Below, one piece after another: positions 46,659 to 56,332 of a stretch of 57,911 nucleotides of DNA. The stretch lies in contig JBGPKK010000006.1 in the NCBI GenBank assembly GCA_041485905.1, positions 1-57,911 on the forward strand, given 5' to 3'. Position numbers and translations under genes: made by a program. The stretch's first letter is position 1; each line of letters begins with the position of its first letter. Source of the stretch: Vicinamibacteria bacterium. GTDB taxonomy: Bacteria > Acidobacteriota > Vicinamibacteria > Vicinamibacterales > CAVVIG01. The notes below the pieces were generated by a model. It saw only the letters and a list, made by a program, of their open reading frames with translations, had not been told where the DNA came from and did not search any database.

Positions 46659-47711
46659 CTACCACAGCGCGGTTCGCTCGTCGACACCCAGCATCACGTT
46701 CAGGTTCTGGACCGCCTGGCCCGACGCCCCCTTGAGCAGGTTGTCGATCACCGACACGAGCACCGCGCGGCCTGACGGGTCGACGCGCCAGCCGATGTCG
46801 CAGAAGTTGGTGTGCGCGACGTGCTTGATTTCGGGCAGCGACGATCCGACCAGCCTGACGAAGGGCGCGGCGGCGTACGCCTGCTGATAGATCTCGGCAA
46901 GTTTGTCTTCAGTCGTGCCGGGCGCCAGGCGCACGTACATCGTCGAGAGAATCCCGCGATCGAGCGGCACCAGGTGCGGCACAAACGTCACGGTCGACGG
47001 TCTGTGGGCCGCCGACGCGATCCCCTGCTCGATTTCCGCCGCGTGGCGATGGCTGAACACGCCGTACGCCACGACGCTACCGTGGCACTCGGAGAAGTGC
47101 GTCCGCTCGGACGCCGTCTTGCCCGCGCCCGACACGCCGGACTTGGCGTCGACGATGATGTCGCCGGCAGCCGCGAGCAGGCCGGCGCCGGCCAGCGGCG
47201 CGAGCGGGAGGAGCGCGGCGGTGGGATAGCAGCCCGGGTTCGCCACGAGCCGCGCCTGACCGACCGCGTCGCGCTCCAGCTCCGTGAGCCCGTACGCGAT
47301 CCCCGCCGGCATTCGGTGGGTTTCGGGATACCAGTGCGCGCGCTGGCCCTCGTCCGTCAGCCGGAAGGCGCCGGACAGATCGATGACGCGCACGCCCGCG
47401 TCCACCAGCGCGGGCGCGAGCTCGGCGGCCGCGGCGTCGGGCAGCGCCAGGAAGACCACATCGGCTTCGCGCAGCGTTGCAGGCGAGAGCGGCGTGATGT
47501 CGCCGTTCCACAGCCGCGCGAGCCCGGGCAGCTTTCTCGACGCGGTCGCCCCCGACGACATCGCGGCCGTGAGGCTGACCCACGGGTGGCGCGACAGCAG
47601 GCGCAGCAGCTCCTGGCCGGTGTAGCCGGTCGCACCGGCGACGGCAACGCGGGCGGGCGCCGTGGCGCCGGGCGCCGGCGTCGATGATCCTGGTTGCACA
47701 AGTGTATGCAT
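46659..47711 (-). CDS. argC: N-acetyl-gamma-glutamyl-phosphate reductase
   Basis: GATGYTG, DLSGAFR, NPGCYPT, SGVSGAG, DNLLKGASGQAVQN. Confidence 0.96.
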   Translation of the reverse strand: MHTLVQPGSSTPAPGATAPARVAVAGATGYTGQELLRLLSRHPWVSLTAAMSSGATASRKLPGLARLWNGDITPLSPATLREADVVFLALPDAAAAELAPALVDAGVRVIDLSGAFRLTDEGQRAHWYPETHRMPAGIAYGLTELERDAVGQARLVANPGCYPTAALLPLAPLAGAGLLAAAGDIIVDAKSGVSGAGKTASERTHFSECHGSVVAYGVFSHRHAAEIEQGIASAAHRPSTVTFVPHLVPLDRGILSTMYVRLAPGTTEDKLAEIYQQAYAAAPFVRLVGSSLPEIKHVAHTNFCDIGWRVDPSGRAVLVSVIDNLLKGASGQAVQNLNVMLGVDERTALW

Positions 47712-47733
47712 CGAAAGGTATATTTATACACAC
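47695..47733. promoter_or_regulatory. Putative ARG box(es)
   Basis: Minus strand TGTATAAATATAC plus adjacent TGCATAC in the AT-rich argC/argR divergent region. Confidence 0.55.
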
Positions 47734-47819
47734 ACGACACGGTTGGATCAATAGAAATCGATGTATAGTAACAAAACTGCGCACCCGGAAATCGTCGGCG
47801 CAGTTGTGTTACGAGCCAC

Positions 47820-48272
47820 ATGAAAGCGCGCCGTCAGGCCGTCATTCTCGAGCTCATCGATCGCGACGCGCTTCACAGCCAGGAGCAGCTGCGCCGGCGC
47901 CTGCACCAGCGCGGCTTCGAGGCGACCCAGGCGACCATTTCGCGCGATATCAAAGAGCTCGGGCTGGTCAAGCGCTCCGGCGACGGCGCCTACCAGCGGA
48001 TGGGCGTCGACGCCACGAATCCGGAAACCGCCCTCGCGGCGCTCGAGCGGGCGGCGGCGCAGTTCCTTCGCCGGGCCGACCGCGTCCAGCAACTCGTCCT
48101 CCTGCGCACGGGCCGCGGAGAGGCGCAGGCGCTCGCCGAAGCGATCGATCGCGCGCAGCTGCCCGAGGCCGTCGGGACGCTCGGGGGCGAGGACACCATT
48201 CTCATCATCGCGCGTGACGCGCGGCGGGCGGCCGCGCTGATCAAGCGGCTGGAGAAGCTCGCCGGGACCTAG
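47820..48272 (+). CDS. argR: Arginine repressor
   Basis: SQEQL, TQATISRDIKELG, GTLGGEDT. Confidence 0.95.
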   Translation: MKARRQAVILELIDRDALHSQEQLRRRLHQRGFEATQATISRDIKELGLVKRSGDGAYQRMGVDATNPETALAALERAAAQFLRRADRVQQLVLLRTGRGEAQALAEAIDRAQLPEAVGTLGGEDTILIIARDARRAAALIKRLEKLAGT

Positions 48273-48302
48273 AGTGGTGGCGGAGGGGAGTGAGCACTCA
48301 GA

Positions 48303-49514
48303 ATGCAACGCATCGTGTTGGCGTACTCGGGCGGGCTGGATACATCGGTCGCCATTCCCTGGATGGCTGAAAAGTACGACGCCGAGATCATTGCCGTAAC
48401 GATGGATCTCGGCCAGGGCCAGGAGCTCGAAGAGGTGCGGGACCGCGCGCTGGCGGCCGGCGCGGTGCGGGCCCACGTCCTGGATCTGCGCGAGGAGTTT
48501 GCGCGCGAGTACGTGCTCCCGGCGCTGAAGGCCGACGCCATCTACGAAGACCGGTATCCGATGGCGACCGCGCTCGGCCGTCCGCTGATCGCGCAAAAGC
48601 TCGTCGAGATCGCCGGCATCGAGCAGGCGACCGCCGTTGCGCACGGATGCACCGGCAAGGGCAACGACCAGGTCCGCCTCGACGTCACCACTCGCGCGCT
48701 CGGTCCCTCGCTCCAGGTCATTGCGCCGGCGCGTGTCTGGGGCATGACGCGCGCGGACGAGATCGAATACGCACGCACGCGCGGCATTCCCGTCCCCGCC
48801 ACCATGGACAGCCCCTACAGTACGGACACGAATCTCTGGGGCCGATCCATCGAATGCGGCGTGCTGGAGGATCCCTGGCACGAGCCGCCCGACGATGTCT
48901 ACTCGCTGACCAGGTCGCCCGCTGAATGTCCCGACGATCCGGCGTACGTTGAGCTCACGTTCGAGGGCGGGATGCCGACCGCCATCAACGGGGTGCCGAT
49001 GCCGTTCGTCGATCTGATCGCGAGCCTCGGCACCATTGCGGGCGCGCACGGCGTCGGTCGGATCGACATGGTCGAAAACCGGCTGGTCGGCATCAAATCG
49101 CGCGAAATCTACGAGGCTCCCTCAGCCGTTGTCCTGCACGCGGCGCACAAGGAGCTGCAGAAGCTGGTGACGACGAGAGACCTCGATCGCCTCGCGCGCT
49201 TTGTGAGCCTTCAGTACGCCGACCTCGTCTACAACGGCCTGTGGTTCACGCCGGCGCGTGAGGCGCTGGACGCGTTCGTCGAGAAAGTACAGGAGCGCGT
49301 CACGGGCGCCGTGCGCCTCAAGCTCTTCAAAGGCGACTGCCGCATCGTCGGCCGCCAGTCGCCGTTCGCCCTGTACGATCACGGGCTCGCGACCTACGAC
49401 GCCGGCGACACCTTCGATCAATCGGCCGCCGAAGGATTCATCAAGATCTTCGGGCTACCAGTCGAATTGAGCGCGCGCAAAGCTCCGACAGTCGACAGAC
49501 GACTGACCGACTGA
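48303..49514 (+). CDS. argG: Argininosuccinate synthase
   Basis: AYSGGLDTS, HGCTGKGNDQVR, ENRLVGIKSREIYE. Confidence 0.97.
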   Translation: MQRIVLAYSGGLDTSVAIPWMAEKYDAEIIAVTMDLGQGQELEEVRDRALAAGAVRAHVLDLREEFAREYVLPALKADAIYEDRYPMATALGRPLIAQKLVEIAGIEQATAVAHGCTGKGNDQVRLDVTTRALGPSLQVIAPARVWGMTRADEIEYARTRGIPVPATMDSPYSTDTNLWGRSIECGVLEDPWHEPPDDVYSLTRSPAECPDDPAYVELTFEGGMPTAINGVPMPFVDLIASLGTIAGAHGVGRIDMVENRLVGIKSREIYEAPSAVVLHAAHKELQKLVTTRDLDRLARFVSLQYADLVYNGLWFTPAREALDAFVEKVQERVTGAVRLKLFKGDCRIVGRQSPFALYDHGLATYDAGDTFDQSAAEGFIKIFGLPVELSARKAPTVDRRLTD

Positions 49515-49521
49515 CGACCTG

Positions 49522-50904
49522 ATGACTAATCTGTGGTCTGGAAGATTCGAGACGGCGCCCGACGAGGCGGCATTCGACTTCGGCTCCTCGTTTCGTTTCG
49601 ATCGGCGTCTCTTCGAAGACGACGTCACGGGGAGCGCGGCGTGGGCGAGGGCGCTCGCGGCGGCCGGCGTGCTCTCGCGCGATGAAGCGCGCCAGATCGA
49701 CGCGGCGCTCGCCGACATCCTCGAGCGAGGCCGCTCGGAACCGGCTTTCGTCGACGGCCCCGACGAAGACGTCCACAGCTTCGTGGAACGGCTGCTCGTC
49801 GAGCGGCTGGGAGACGCGGGGCGCCGCCTGCACACGGGCCGATCGCGGAACGAGCAGGTGTCGGTCGACCTGCGGCTCTATCTGCAGCGCCGCATCCCGC
49901 TCCTGCAGCGCGGCGTCGAAGGGTGCGCCGCGGCGCTCGTGCATCAGGCTTCCGCAGCGGGCGACGCGCTGATGCCGTCGTATACCCACATGCGGCCGGC
50001 GCAGCCGATTCTCGTCGCGCATTTCTTCCTGGCCCACGTCGCGGCACTCCGGCGCGATCACGATCGGCTGGGCGGCGCGCGTGCCGAAGCCGACGCCTTG
50101 CCGCTGGGGTCCGGCGCGATTGCGGGGACGAGCTACGAGATCGACGTCCAGCTGCTCGCGCGCGACTTGGGCTTCTCGCGTATCGTCACCAACAGTATCG
50201 ACGCCTCGTCGGACCGCGACTTCGCGGCGACTTTCCTCTACGCGTGCGCCGTAACGATGGTGCACCTGAGCCGATTGGCCGAAGACCTCATCATCTTCTG
50301 CGGCGACGAACACCATTTTTTTGACCTGTCCGATGCGCTCAGCACCGGCAGCAGCATGATGCCGCAGAAGAAGAATCCGGATCCGCTGGAGCTCGTGCGC
50401 GGCAAAACGGGACGCTCCCTCGGTCATCTGTTCGCGCTGCTCACGACGCTGAAGGGACTGCCGAGCGGGTACAACAAAGACCTGCAGGAAGACAAGCAGG
50501 CCGTGTTCGACGCCGAAGACACGCTCGCGGGCAGTCTGGCCGTCGTTCGGTCGGTGATCGACGGCCTCACCCTCAACCGCCAGCGCGCTGAAGCCGCGGC
50601 ATCAGGCTTGCTCCTGGCGACCGACGTCGCGGATTATCTGGTGGGCCGCGGGGTGCCGTTCCGGCGCGCGCACGAGATCGTCGGAACGCTGGTGCGCAAG
50701 CTCCTGGCGGAGGGCCGCGAATTCGGGTCGCTGACGATGGGCGAGTGGCGTGCAGCGAGTGACCGGTTCGATGCGGACGTCGTCAGCCGCGTGACGCCCC
50801 GCGTGTCGGTGGGGGCGAAGCGGACGCCCCAATCGACCGCCCCCGACGCGGTCGCGGCCGCGTTGACGGAAGTCGGGGAGTGGCTGGCCCGGTCGGGTGG
50901 TTAG
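49522..50904 (+). CDS. argH: Argininosuccinate lyase
   Basis: LWSGRF, HTGRSRNEQV, TGSSMMPQKKNPD, YNKDLQEDK. Confidence 0.97.
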   Translation: MTNLWSGRFETAPDEAAFDFGSSFRFDRRLFEDDVTGSAAWARALAAAGVLSRDEARQIDAALADILERGRSEPAFVDGPDEDVHSFVERLLVERLGDAGRRLHTGRSRNEQVSVDLRLYLQRRIPLLQRGVEGCAAALVHQASAAGDALMPSYTHMRPAQPILVAHFFLAHVAALRRDHDRLGGARAEADALPLGSGAIAGTSYEIDVQLLARDLGFSRIVTNSIDASSDRDFAATFLYACAVTMVHLSRLAEDLIIFCGDEHHFFDLSDALSTGSSMMPQKKNPDPLELVRGKTGRSLGHLFALLTTLKGLPSGYNKDLQEDKQAVFDAEDTLAGSLAVVRSVIDGLTLNRQRAEAAASGLLLATDVADYLVGRGVPFRRAHEIVGTLVRKLLAEGREFGSLTMGEWRAASDRFDADVVSRVTPRVSVGAKRTPQSTAPDAVAAALTEVGEWLARSGG

Positions 50905-51003
50905 GCCGCGCGACGGTATTGCCACTCGGAAACCAGCTCTGCTAGTATGGCAGCGCCTTTCGCAACTCCTTCCCCGCCAGCGAGGTTCGTTCGGGAGATT
51001 TTG

Positions 51004-51714
51004 ATGCAGCAGCGCCAGCTTCGGCTTGGTGACATTCTGGACGATTACTGTCCGCGTGAACGGCGTGTCACCAACCATGTCATCGTCGCCATGATCGGAC
51101 CGGATGTGAAGCAGACGCGCTGCTCCACGTGCGACACCGGGCACGAATACAAACACGCGAAAGTGCCGCGCCAACGCCGGAAGTCTGAAACTCCGGCGGC
51201 CCTCTATTCGCAGGTTCTTGCAGGCGGACCGAAGCGGGTCGTCCATGAGCCCGAGCCGGACGCCGAGCCGTCGGCGGTGGCCACACCCGACGGCGCCGAT
51301 TCGGCCGCGCCGGAACCGCAGGAGGAACAGGAGCCGATCCACGGGCAGCAGGCGCGCGAGGATTCCCCTGAGTCCGGCGGCGACAACGAGCCGGAGGAAC
51401 CGGAAGAACAGGCGGATCTCGAAGAAGGCCCGGTGCATCGGCCGCTGATTCGCGCCACGCTGCCGCGGCCCGAAGGGACGCCACCGCCATCGCGCCCAGC
51501 CCCCGAGTTCACCATCCGGCAACCGACAGGGCGCCAGGGCCGGTTTCGTCCGCGCCATCAACGCGATCAACGCGGCCCCTCGCCGTTTCCCGGCAACCGT
51601 TCGGGCAACATGTCCGGCGGCGGTATGCCGCGGCAAGGGCAAGGCGGCGGACGTCCGCCGATGATGTCCCGCTCAGGAAAGCGGCACGATCCGGGACGCA
51701 AGCGTTCGAAGTAG
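51004..51714 (+). CDS. Hypothetical protein: Cys/His N-terminal domain plus disordered tail
   Basis: DDYCPRERRVTNH...RCSTCDTGH; GGGAG upstream of ATG 51004. Confidence 0.75.
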   Translation: MQQRQLRLGDILDDYCPRERRVTNHVIVAMIGPDVKQTRCSTCDTGHEYKHAKVPRQRRKSETPAALYSQVLAGGPKRVVHEPEPDAEPSAVATPDGADSAAPEPQEEQEPIHGQQAREDSPESGGDNEPEEPEEQADLEEGPVHRPLIRATLPRPEGTPPPSRPAPEFTIRQPTGRQGRFRPRHQRDQRGPSPFPGNRSGNMSGGGMPRQGQGGGRPPMMSRSGKRHDPGRKRSK

Positions 51715-51734
51715 TGTCCGGCTCCAGCCGGACC
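51711..51734 (+). repeat. GTAG-type REP
   Basis: GTAGTGTCCGGCTCCAGCCGGACC; supplies the TAG stop of the upstream gene. Confidence 0.75.
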
Positions 51735-51741
51735 CACACCC

Positions 51742-52515
51742 ATGCCTGACCTTTCCGGCAAACACGGACTCATCGTCGGCGTCGCCAACAAACGTTCGAT
51801 CTCCTGGGCGATTGCGCAGGCTGCGGCAGCCGCCGGCGCACGGCTCGCGCTGACCTACCAGGGCGAACGGCTCGAGGAGAATGTCCGGGACCTCGCAGAA
51901 AAACTCGAGTCGCCGATCGTGATGCCGCTGGACGTGACCAGCGATCAGCAGATCGCCGATGTCGCGGCCACTCTCGATCGCGAGTTCGGGGGCCTCGACT
52001 TTCTCGTGCACGGCGCGGCGTTCGCGCCGAAGGCCGAGTTGGACAGCCCGTTCGTGCAGACGTCGCGCGACGGTTTTCGAATCGCGCTCGACGTGAGCGC
52101 GTACTCGCTGATTGCGCTGACGCGAGCGGTCTTCCCGCTGATGGAGCGCCGCGGTGGAGGAAGCGTGCTGACCCTCACGTACATCGGCAGCCAGCGCGTG
52201 GTCACCAACTACAACGTGATGGGTGTGGCCAAGGCCGCCCTCGAGGCATCGGTTCGGTACCTCGCCAGCGATTTGGGACCGAAGAACATTCGCGTGAACG
52301 CCGTGTCGGCCGGTCCGATCAAGACGCTCGCTGCCATGGGAATCAAGGATTTTTCAAGCGTGCGTCAGGTCTATGACGGGCACGCGCCGCTTCGGCGCAA
52401 CGTCGAGTTGAGCGAAGTCGCCGACGCCGCGCTTTTTCTGCTGAGTCCCCAATCGCGCGGCATCACAGGCGAGATCCTCTTCGTTGATGCCGGATTCCAC
52501 GTCACCGGCATCTAG
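51742..52515 (+). CDS. fabI: Enoyl-ACP reductase
   Basis: GVANKRSI, SAYSL, YNVMGVAKAALE, SAGPIKTLAA. Confidence 0.96.
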   Translation: MPDLSGKHGLIVGVANKRSISWAIAQAAAAAGARLALTYQGERLEENVRDLAEKLESPIVMPLDVTSDQQIADVAATLDREFGGLDFLVHGAAFAPKAELDSPFVQTSRDGFRIALDVSAYSLIALTRAVFPLMERRGGGSVLTLTYIGSQRVVTNYNVMGVAKAALEASVRYLASDLGPKNIRVNAVSAGPIKTLAAMGIKDFSSVRQVYDGHAPLRRNVELSEVADAALFLLSPQSRGITGEILFVDAGFHVTGI

Positions 52516-52519
52516 TTGG

Positions 52520-52615
52520 AAACTGAAAACTTAAGACTCAAAACTTAAAAGGACAACGACAACGTTCCACGACACTCCGAGTCCTTTTAAGTTTTCAGTT
52601 CTAAGTTCTAAGTTC
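52520..52615. repeat. Inverted heptamer array (AAACTTA / TAAGTTC)
   Basis: aaactga aaactta agactca aaactta ... taagttt tcagttc taagttc taagttc. Confidence 0.8.
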
Positions 52616-52843
52616 ATGGCGATGAGGCGCGCGCGCGGCGCGCTGTTGAGGCTCGTGCGACGGCGCTCGCTTGCGTTCATCGCCGGAGCGGCACTGCTCC
52701 TCCCGGCCGCGTGGGTCGAATTCGGCAGCCGCGACGCCGCGTGGTGGGTCGACGGCCTCAGTCTCGTCGCAGGCGCCACGGGGGCCGCACTTCTGTGGAC
52801 CGCAGCAGTCGGCCTGCGGCCGGACTGGATCGATCGAACTTAG
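52616..52843 (+). CDS. Small two-TM hypothetical protein
   Basis: 75 aa, two hydrophobic helices, ends LRPDWID. Confidence 0.6.
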   Translation: MAMRRARGALLRLVRRRSLAFIAGAALLLPAAWVEFGSRDAAWWVDGLSLVAGATGAALLWTAAVGLRPDWIDRT

Positions 52844-52931
52844 AACTTAGAACTGCGAACTCAGAATGAAAACAAAGAAGCCCGCCGACGGTCGCAGTTC
52901 TTCTCAGTTCTAAGTTCTCAGTTCTAAGTTC
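52836..52931. repeat. Inverted heptamer array (GAACTTA / TAAGTTC)
   Basis: gaactta gaactta gaactgc gaactca ... tcagttc taagttc tcagttc taagttc. Confidence 0.8.
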
Positions 52932-52932
52932 C

Positions 52933-54924
52933 TCAGAGGATTCCGATCGCTGCCCGGTCGAGATCGGTCGCCGACATCTCTTCCGGACTCGACGGGTGCG
53001 CAGGAAGGCTATCGGGCGACGGACGATGCCGTTTGCGGCTCGTTTTGTCACGGTACATCCGGCTGTCGGCCGTCGCGACCAGCGCCTCGTACGAATCGCC
53101 GTCATGCGGGAACACCGCGGCGCCCGCGCTGATGGCCAGTGGCTGGATTTGACCAGGTCGCACCTCGAAGCGCAGGTCGTCGATCGCGTGCTGCAGGTCC
53201 AGGCGCTTCCTTTCCGCTTCCTCACCGCCACAGCCTGGCAGCACCACGATGAACTCGTCGCCCGCGTACCGGACGCAGATGTCGTAGGGACGGATCACCG
53301 CCTGCAGCGCGCCGCCCACTTCGCGGAGCGCGCGATCGCCGACGTAATGGCCGTACGTGTCGTTGATTTCCTTGAAGCCGTCGAGGTCCATGACGAGGAG
53401 CGACACTTCGGTGCCGAGGCGGCCCGCGCGCGCGAGCTCACGCGTCAGGTGCGTGAACATGAACCGGGTGTTGGGCAGTCCGGTCAACGGATCGGTGAGC
53501 GAATCTTCCTGCGTCTGCTCGAAGACGATCGAATGATGGATGACGGCAGCGGCCTGTTCCGAAATGCGGTCCAGCAGCCGTCGATGATCGTCGGTGTAGA
53601 CCGACGGGTCGGTGTGGTAGACGGCCAGCGTGCCGATGAAATGGTCGTTGAACACGAGCGGACCGACGAGCGCGGACTGCAGTGAGGTTCTCGCGTTGGT
53701 CCGGCCGGCGGCTTCCAGATCGGTCTCAGGACGGGCGTTCACGAGCGGCCGCCGGTTGCGCGCCACCCATCCGGTCAGGCCCTGCCCCTCGCGTATCGTC
53801 AGTTGCTTGATCAGCTCAGCGTCGGTGCCGGTGGAAAAGCGGCAGCGCAGGACGCCGGTGTCCTCGACGGGCAGGAAGAGCGCGCAGCACGAAAACGGGA
53901 CGAGGTTGCTCAGCTTCGACGCGATGAGCGCCATCGTGTCCGCGACCCCGAGACTGCTGCCCATGGCCTGCGCGATCTCGTACAGGGCGTAAATCTCGCG
54001 GTGCGCGAGGGCGATGTCGTGGAAGACGCGGCTGGACTGGCTGGGCGTGTCGCCGACCGGTTGGGAGGGTGGGACGACCGCGAGCGACGAGTCCACACGC
54101 GTGAGCCGCAGGGGTTGCTGCTCGCTGGCCTCCGCATCGGCGGCCAGCGCCGGATACAAGCGGATGAAGGTCTCCACGATTTTCGGATCCAGAGCCTTTC
54201 CGCTTTCCTGCCGCAGCAGATCGAGCGCGGTGTCGACGGTGACGCGCCGTTGGTACGGGCGGTCAGAGGTGACGGCATCGAAGTAGTCCACCAGGGACAG
54301 GATGCGAGCGCCGAGCGGAATCCTGTCGCCGGCCAGACCCGCCGGGTACCCGTTACCGTCCCACCGTTCGTGATGGCACAGAATCAACGGCGCCACCGGA
54401 TACGGGAAGGGCACGCCGCCGATGATTTCGGCGCCGACCTGCGGGTGCATCCGGATCTTCTGGAACTCCTCCTGTGTCAGCGGGCCGGGTTTCGAGAGGA
54501 TGTGCTCGGGCACGGCGAGTTTCCCGATATCGTGCAGCAGCGAGGCGGTCTTGACGCCCTGGATGTCGGTCTCCGACATCCCGAGCGCCCTGGCCAGTCC
54601 CGCGGCCAACACCTGCATCCGCCGGACGTGACGTTGGCCGATTTCGTCTTTCGCGTCGATGGCGAGGGCGAGCGCTTCGATGGTCGCCAGGTGAAGATCC
54701 GACATCTGCTGCACGTGGTGTTGCTGGTCTTCGATGCGCCCCAGAAAGAGCGTGTACGCGCGATAGGCGAGAAAGAGGGAGGCGGCCACGAGCGCGACGA
54801 TCCAGTAGCCGCTGCGCGCGATGAGCGAATGCGGCGCGAATGCGACCGCCAGGGCGGTGGCGCCGGCGAGCACGCTGCCGAGGTATAGACGCGCCGCGAG
54901 CGGCAGATTCTTCATCGTGTGCAT
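52933..54924 (-). CDS. HD-GYP + GAF + GGDEF c-di-GMP signalling protein
   Basis: LLHDIGK, HHERWDGNGYP, GAF (GLTGWVA), DPLTGLPN, NDTYGH, RYAGDEF. Confidence 0.92.
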   Translation of the reverse strand: MHTMKNLPLAARLYLGSVLAGATALAVAFAPHSLIARSGYWIVALVAASLFLAYRAYTLFLGRIEDQQHHVQQMSDLHLATIEALALAIDAKDEIGQRHVRRMQVLAAGLARALGMSETDIQGVKTASLLHDIGKLAVPEHILSKPGPLTQEEFQKIRMHPQVGAEIIGGVPFPYPVAPLILCHHERWDGNGYPAGLAGDRIPLGARILSLVDYFDAVTSDRPYQRRVTVDTALDLLRQESGKALDPKIVETFIRLYPALAADAEASEQQPLRLTRVDSSLAVVPPSQPVGDTPSQSSRVFHDIALAHREIYALYEIAQAMGSSLGVADTMALIASKLSNLVPFSCCALFLPVEDTGVLRCRFSTGTDAELIKQLTIREGQGLTGWVARNRRPLVNARPETDLEAAGRTNARTSLQSALVGPLVFNDHFIGTLAVYHTDPSVYTDDHRRLLDRISEQAAAVIHHSIVFEQTQEDSLTDPLTGLPNTRFMFTHLTRELARAGRLGTEVSLLVMDLDGFKEINDTYGHYVGDRALREVGGALQAVIRPYDICVRYAGDEFIVVLPGCGGEEAERKRLDLQHAIDDLRFEVRPGQIQPLAISAGAAVFPHDGDSYEALVATADSRMYRDKTSRKRHRPSPDSLPAHPSSPEEMSATDLDRAAIGIL

Positions 54925-54966
54925 CGTTTACCGTGGGTATTGATAAATCTTCGCGGCGGCGTTTTC

Positions 54967-56316
54967 TCAGGCGTCCTGCTGCCCGCGCTTGGCCGACCGG
55001 GCCTCGGGTTCCAGGGCGTACTCGACGATCTTGCGATAGAGAGTGCCCCGGCTGATGTCGAGCACGCGCGCCGCCTCTTTCTTGTTCCATTTCACCGCTT
55101 CGAGCACCCGCACGATGTGCGCGCGCTCGGCGTCGGCGAGTGACGGCAGTTGATCGCTCGGCTGATCGCGCACCGGCCCCGTGGCGTGCAGGAACTCGAC
55201 GTCGCTCGCGCCGATCGTGTGGCCGGGCGCCGACAGCGCCGCGCGCGAGACGGTGCTTTCGAGCTCGCGGATGTTCCCCGGCCAGGAGTACGCCGCGAGC
55301 AGCTCGAGCGCCTCGCGCGAGAACGCCTTGCTGTCGAGCGGAATCCCCTGCGCGGCGCAGTAGCGGCCGAGAAACCGGTTGGCCAGCACCGGGATGTCCA
55401 CTTGACGCTCGCGCAGCGACGGCAGCCGGATCGCGAAAGCGTTGACGCGGTAATAGAGATCCTCGCGGAACCGGTTGTCGCGCACGAACTGCTCGAGCGG
55501 CCGGTTGGTCGCCGAAATGAGGCGGAAATCGACCGAGATCGATTTGTGGCCGCCGAGCCGCTCGAACTTTCGCTCTTCGAGCACCCGCAGCAGCTTGGCC
55601 TGCGCGATAAGCGACATGTCGCCGATTTCGTCGAGGAAGAGCGTCCCTTCGTCGGCCAGCTCGAGGCGGCCGGGCTTGCGGTCGTGCGCGCCGGTGAACG
55701 CGCCCTTCTCGTAGCCGAAGATTTCCGACTCGAACAGCGTGTCGGGCAGGGCCGCGCAGTTGACCGCCTGGAACTTCGCCACGCTTCGATGGCTCAGCTC
55801 GTGAATCATCCGCGCGACGACTTCTTTGCCCGAGCCGGTCGGTCCGAGGATCAGCACCGAGATGTCCGACTTGGCGGCGGTGCGGATCCACTCGAACACG
55901 ATCAACATCTTCTCGTCGCGGCCGATCATCTCGCGGAACCGCTGGACGGAGGGGGATTGATCTTCCGTGCTGACGGCGGCGCGCCGTTCGAGGAATCCAT
56001 CGAGGAGGTCGGCGAGGACGGGGTCCGCCGGACGCGCGGCTGCGTACTGCGGAGGCGTGCCGGCCACGATTCGCGCCACGCCGAAATCGGCGAGCCCGCG
56101 CACGCAGTGCTCGACGTCCTGCCGCAGCCGGCCGAAGGTCTGCATGAGCGATTCGACGTCGAAGCTCTCATCCGGGCGCGCGCTCAGATACCGGAGGATG
56201 CCCCCCCGCAGCGGCGACTGGACCAACGTTCGAAAGCGCACGTCGGGATCGGCCGCGTCGGCGGGCCGCGCCGAGGCGGCGCTGACGCGCCGCGCGCTGA
56301 ATGTCAGGTCATCCAT
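54967..56316 (-). CDS. Sigma-54-dependent activator (bEBP) with atypical N-terminus
   Basis: GPTGSGKE, ESEIFGYEKGAFTGA, FLDEIG, WPGNIRELE, Fis-type HTH. Confidence 0.93.
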   Translation of the reverse strand: MDDLTFSARRVSAASARPADAADPDVRFRTLVQSPLRGGILRYLSARPDESFDVESLMQTFGRLRQDVEHCVRGLADFGVARIVAGTPPQYAAARPADPVLADLLDGFLERRAAVSTEDQSPSVQRFREMIGRDEKMLIVFEWIRTAAKSDISVLILGPTGSGKEVVARMIHELSHRSVAKFQAVNCAALPDTLFESEIFGYEKGAFTGAHDRKPGRLELADEGTLFLDEIGDMSLIAQAKLLRVLEERKFERLGGHKSISVDFRLISATNRPLEQFVRDNRFREDLYYRVNAFAIRLPSLRERQVDIPVLANRFLGRYCAAQGIPLDSKAFSREALELLAAYSWPGNIRELESTVSRAALSAPGHTIGASDVEFLHATGPVRDQPSDQLPSLADAERAHIVRVLEAVKWNKKEAARVLDISRGTLYRKIVEYALEPEARSAKRGQQDA

Positions 56317-56332
56317 GAAATGTGTCTGAACC

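Noticed and set aside
49485-49527. CGAC/CTGAC short repeats at the argG-argH junction
   Set aside because: Too short and degenerate to call, although possibly a decayed heptamer array
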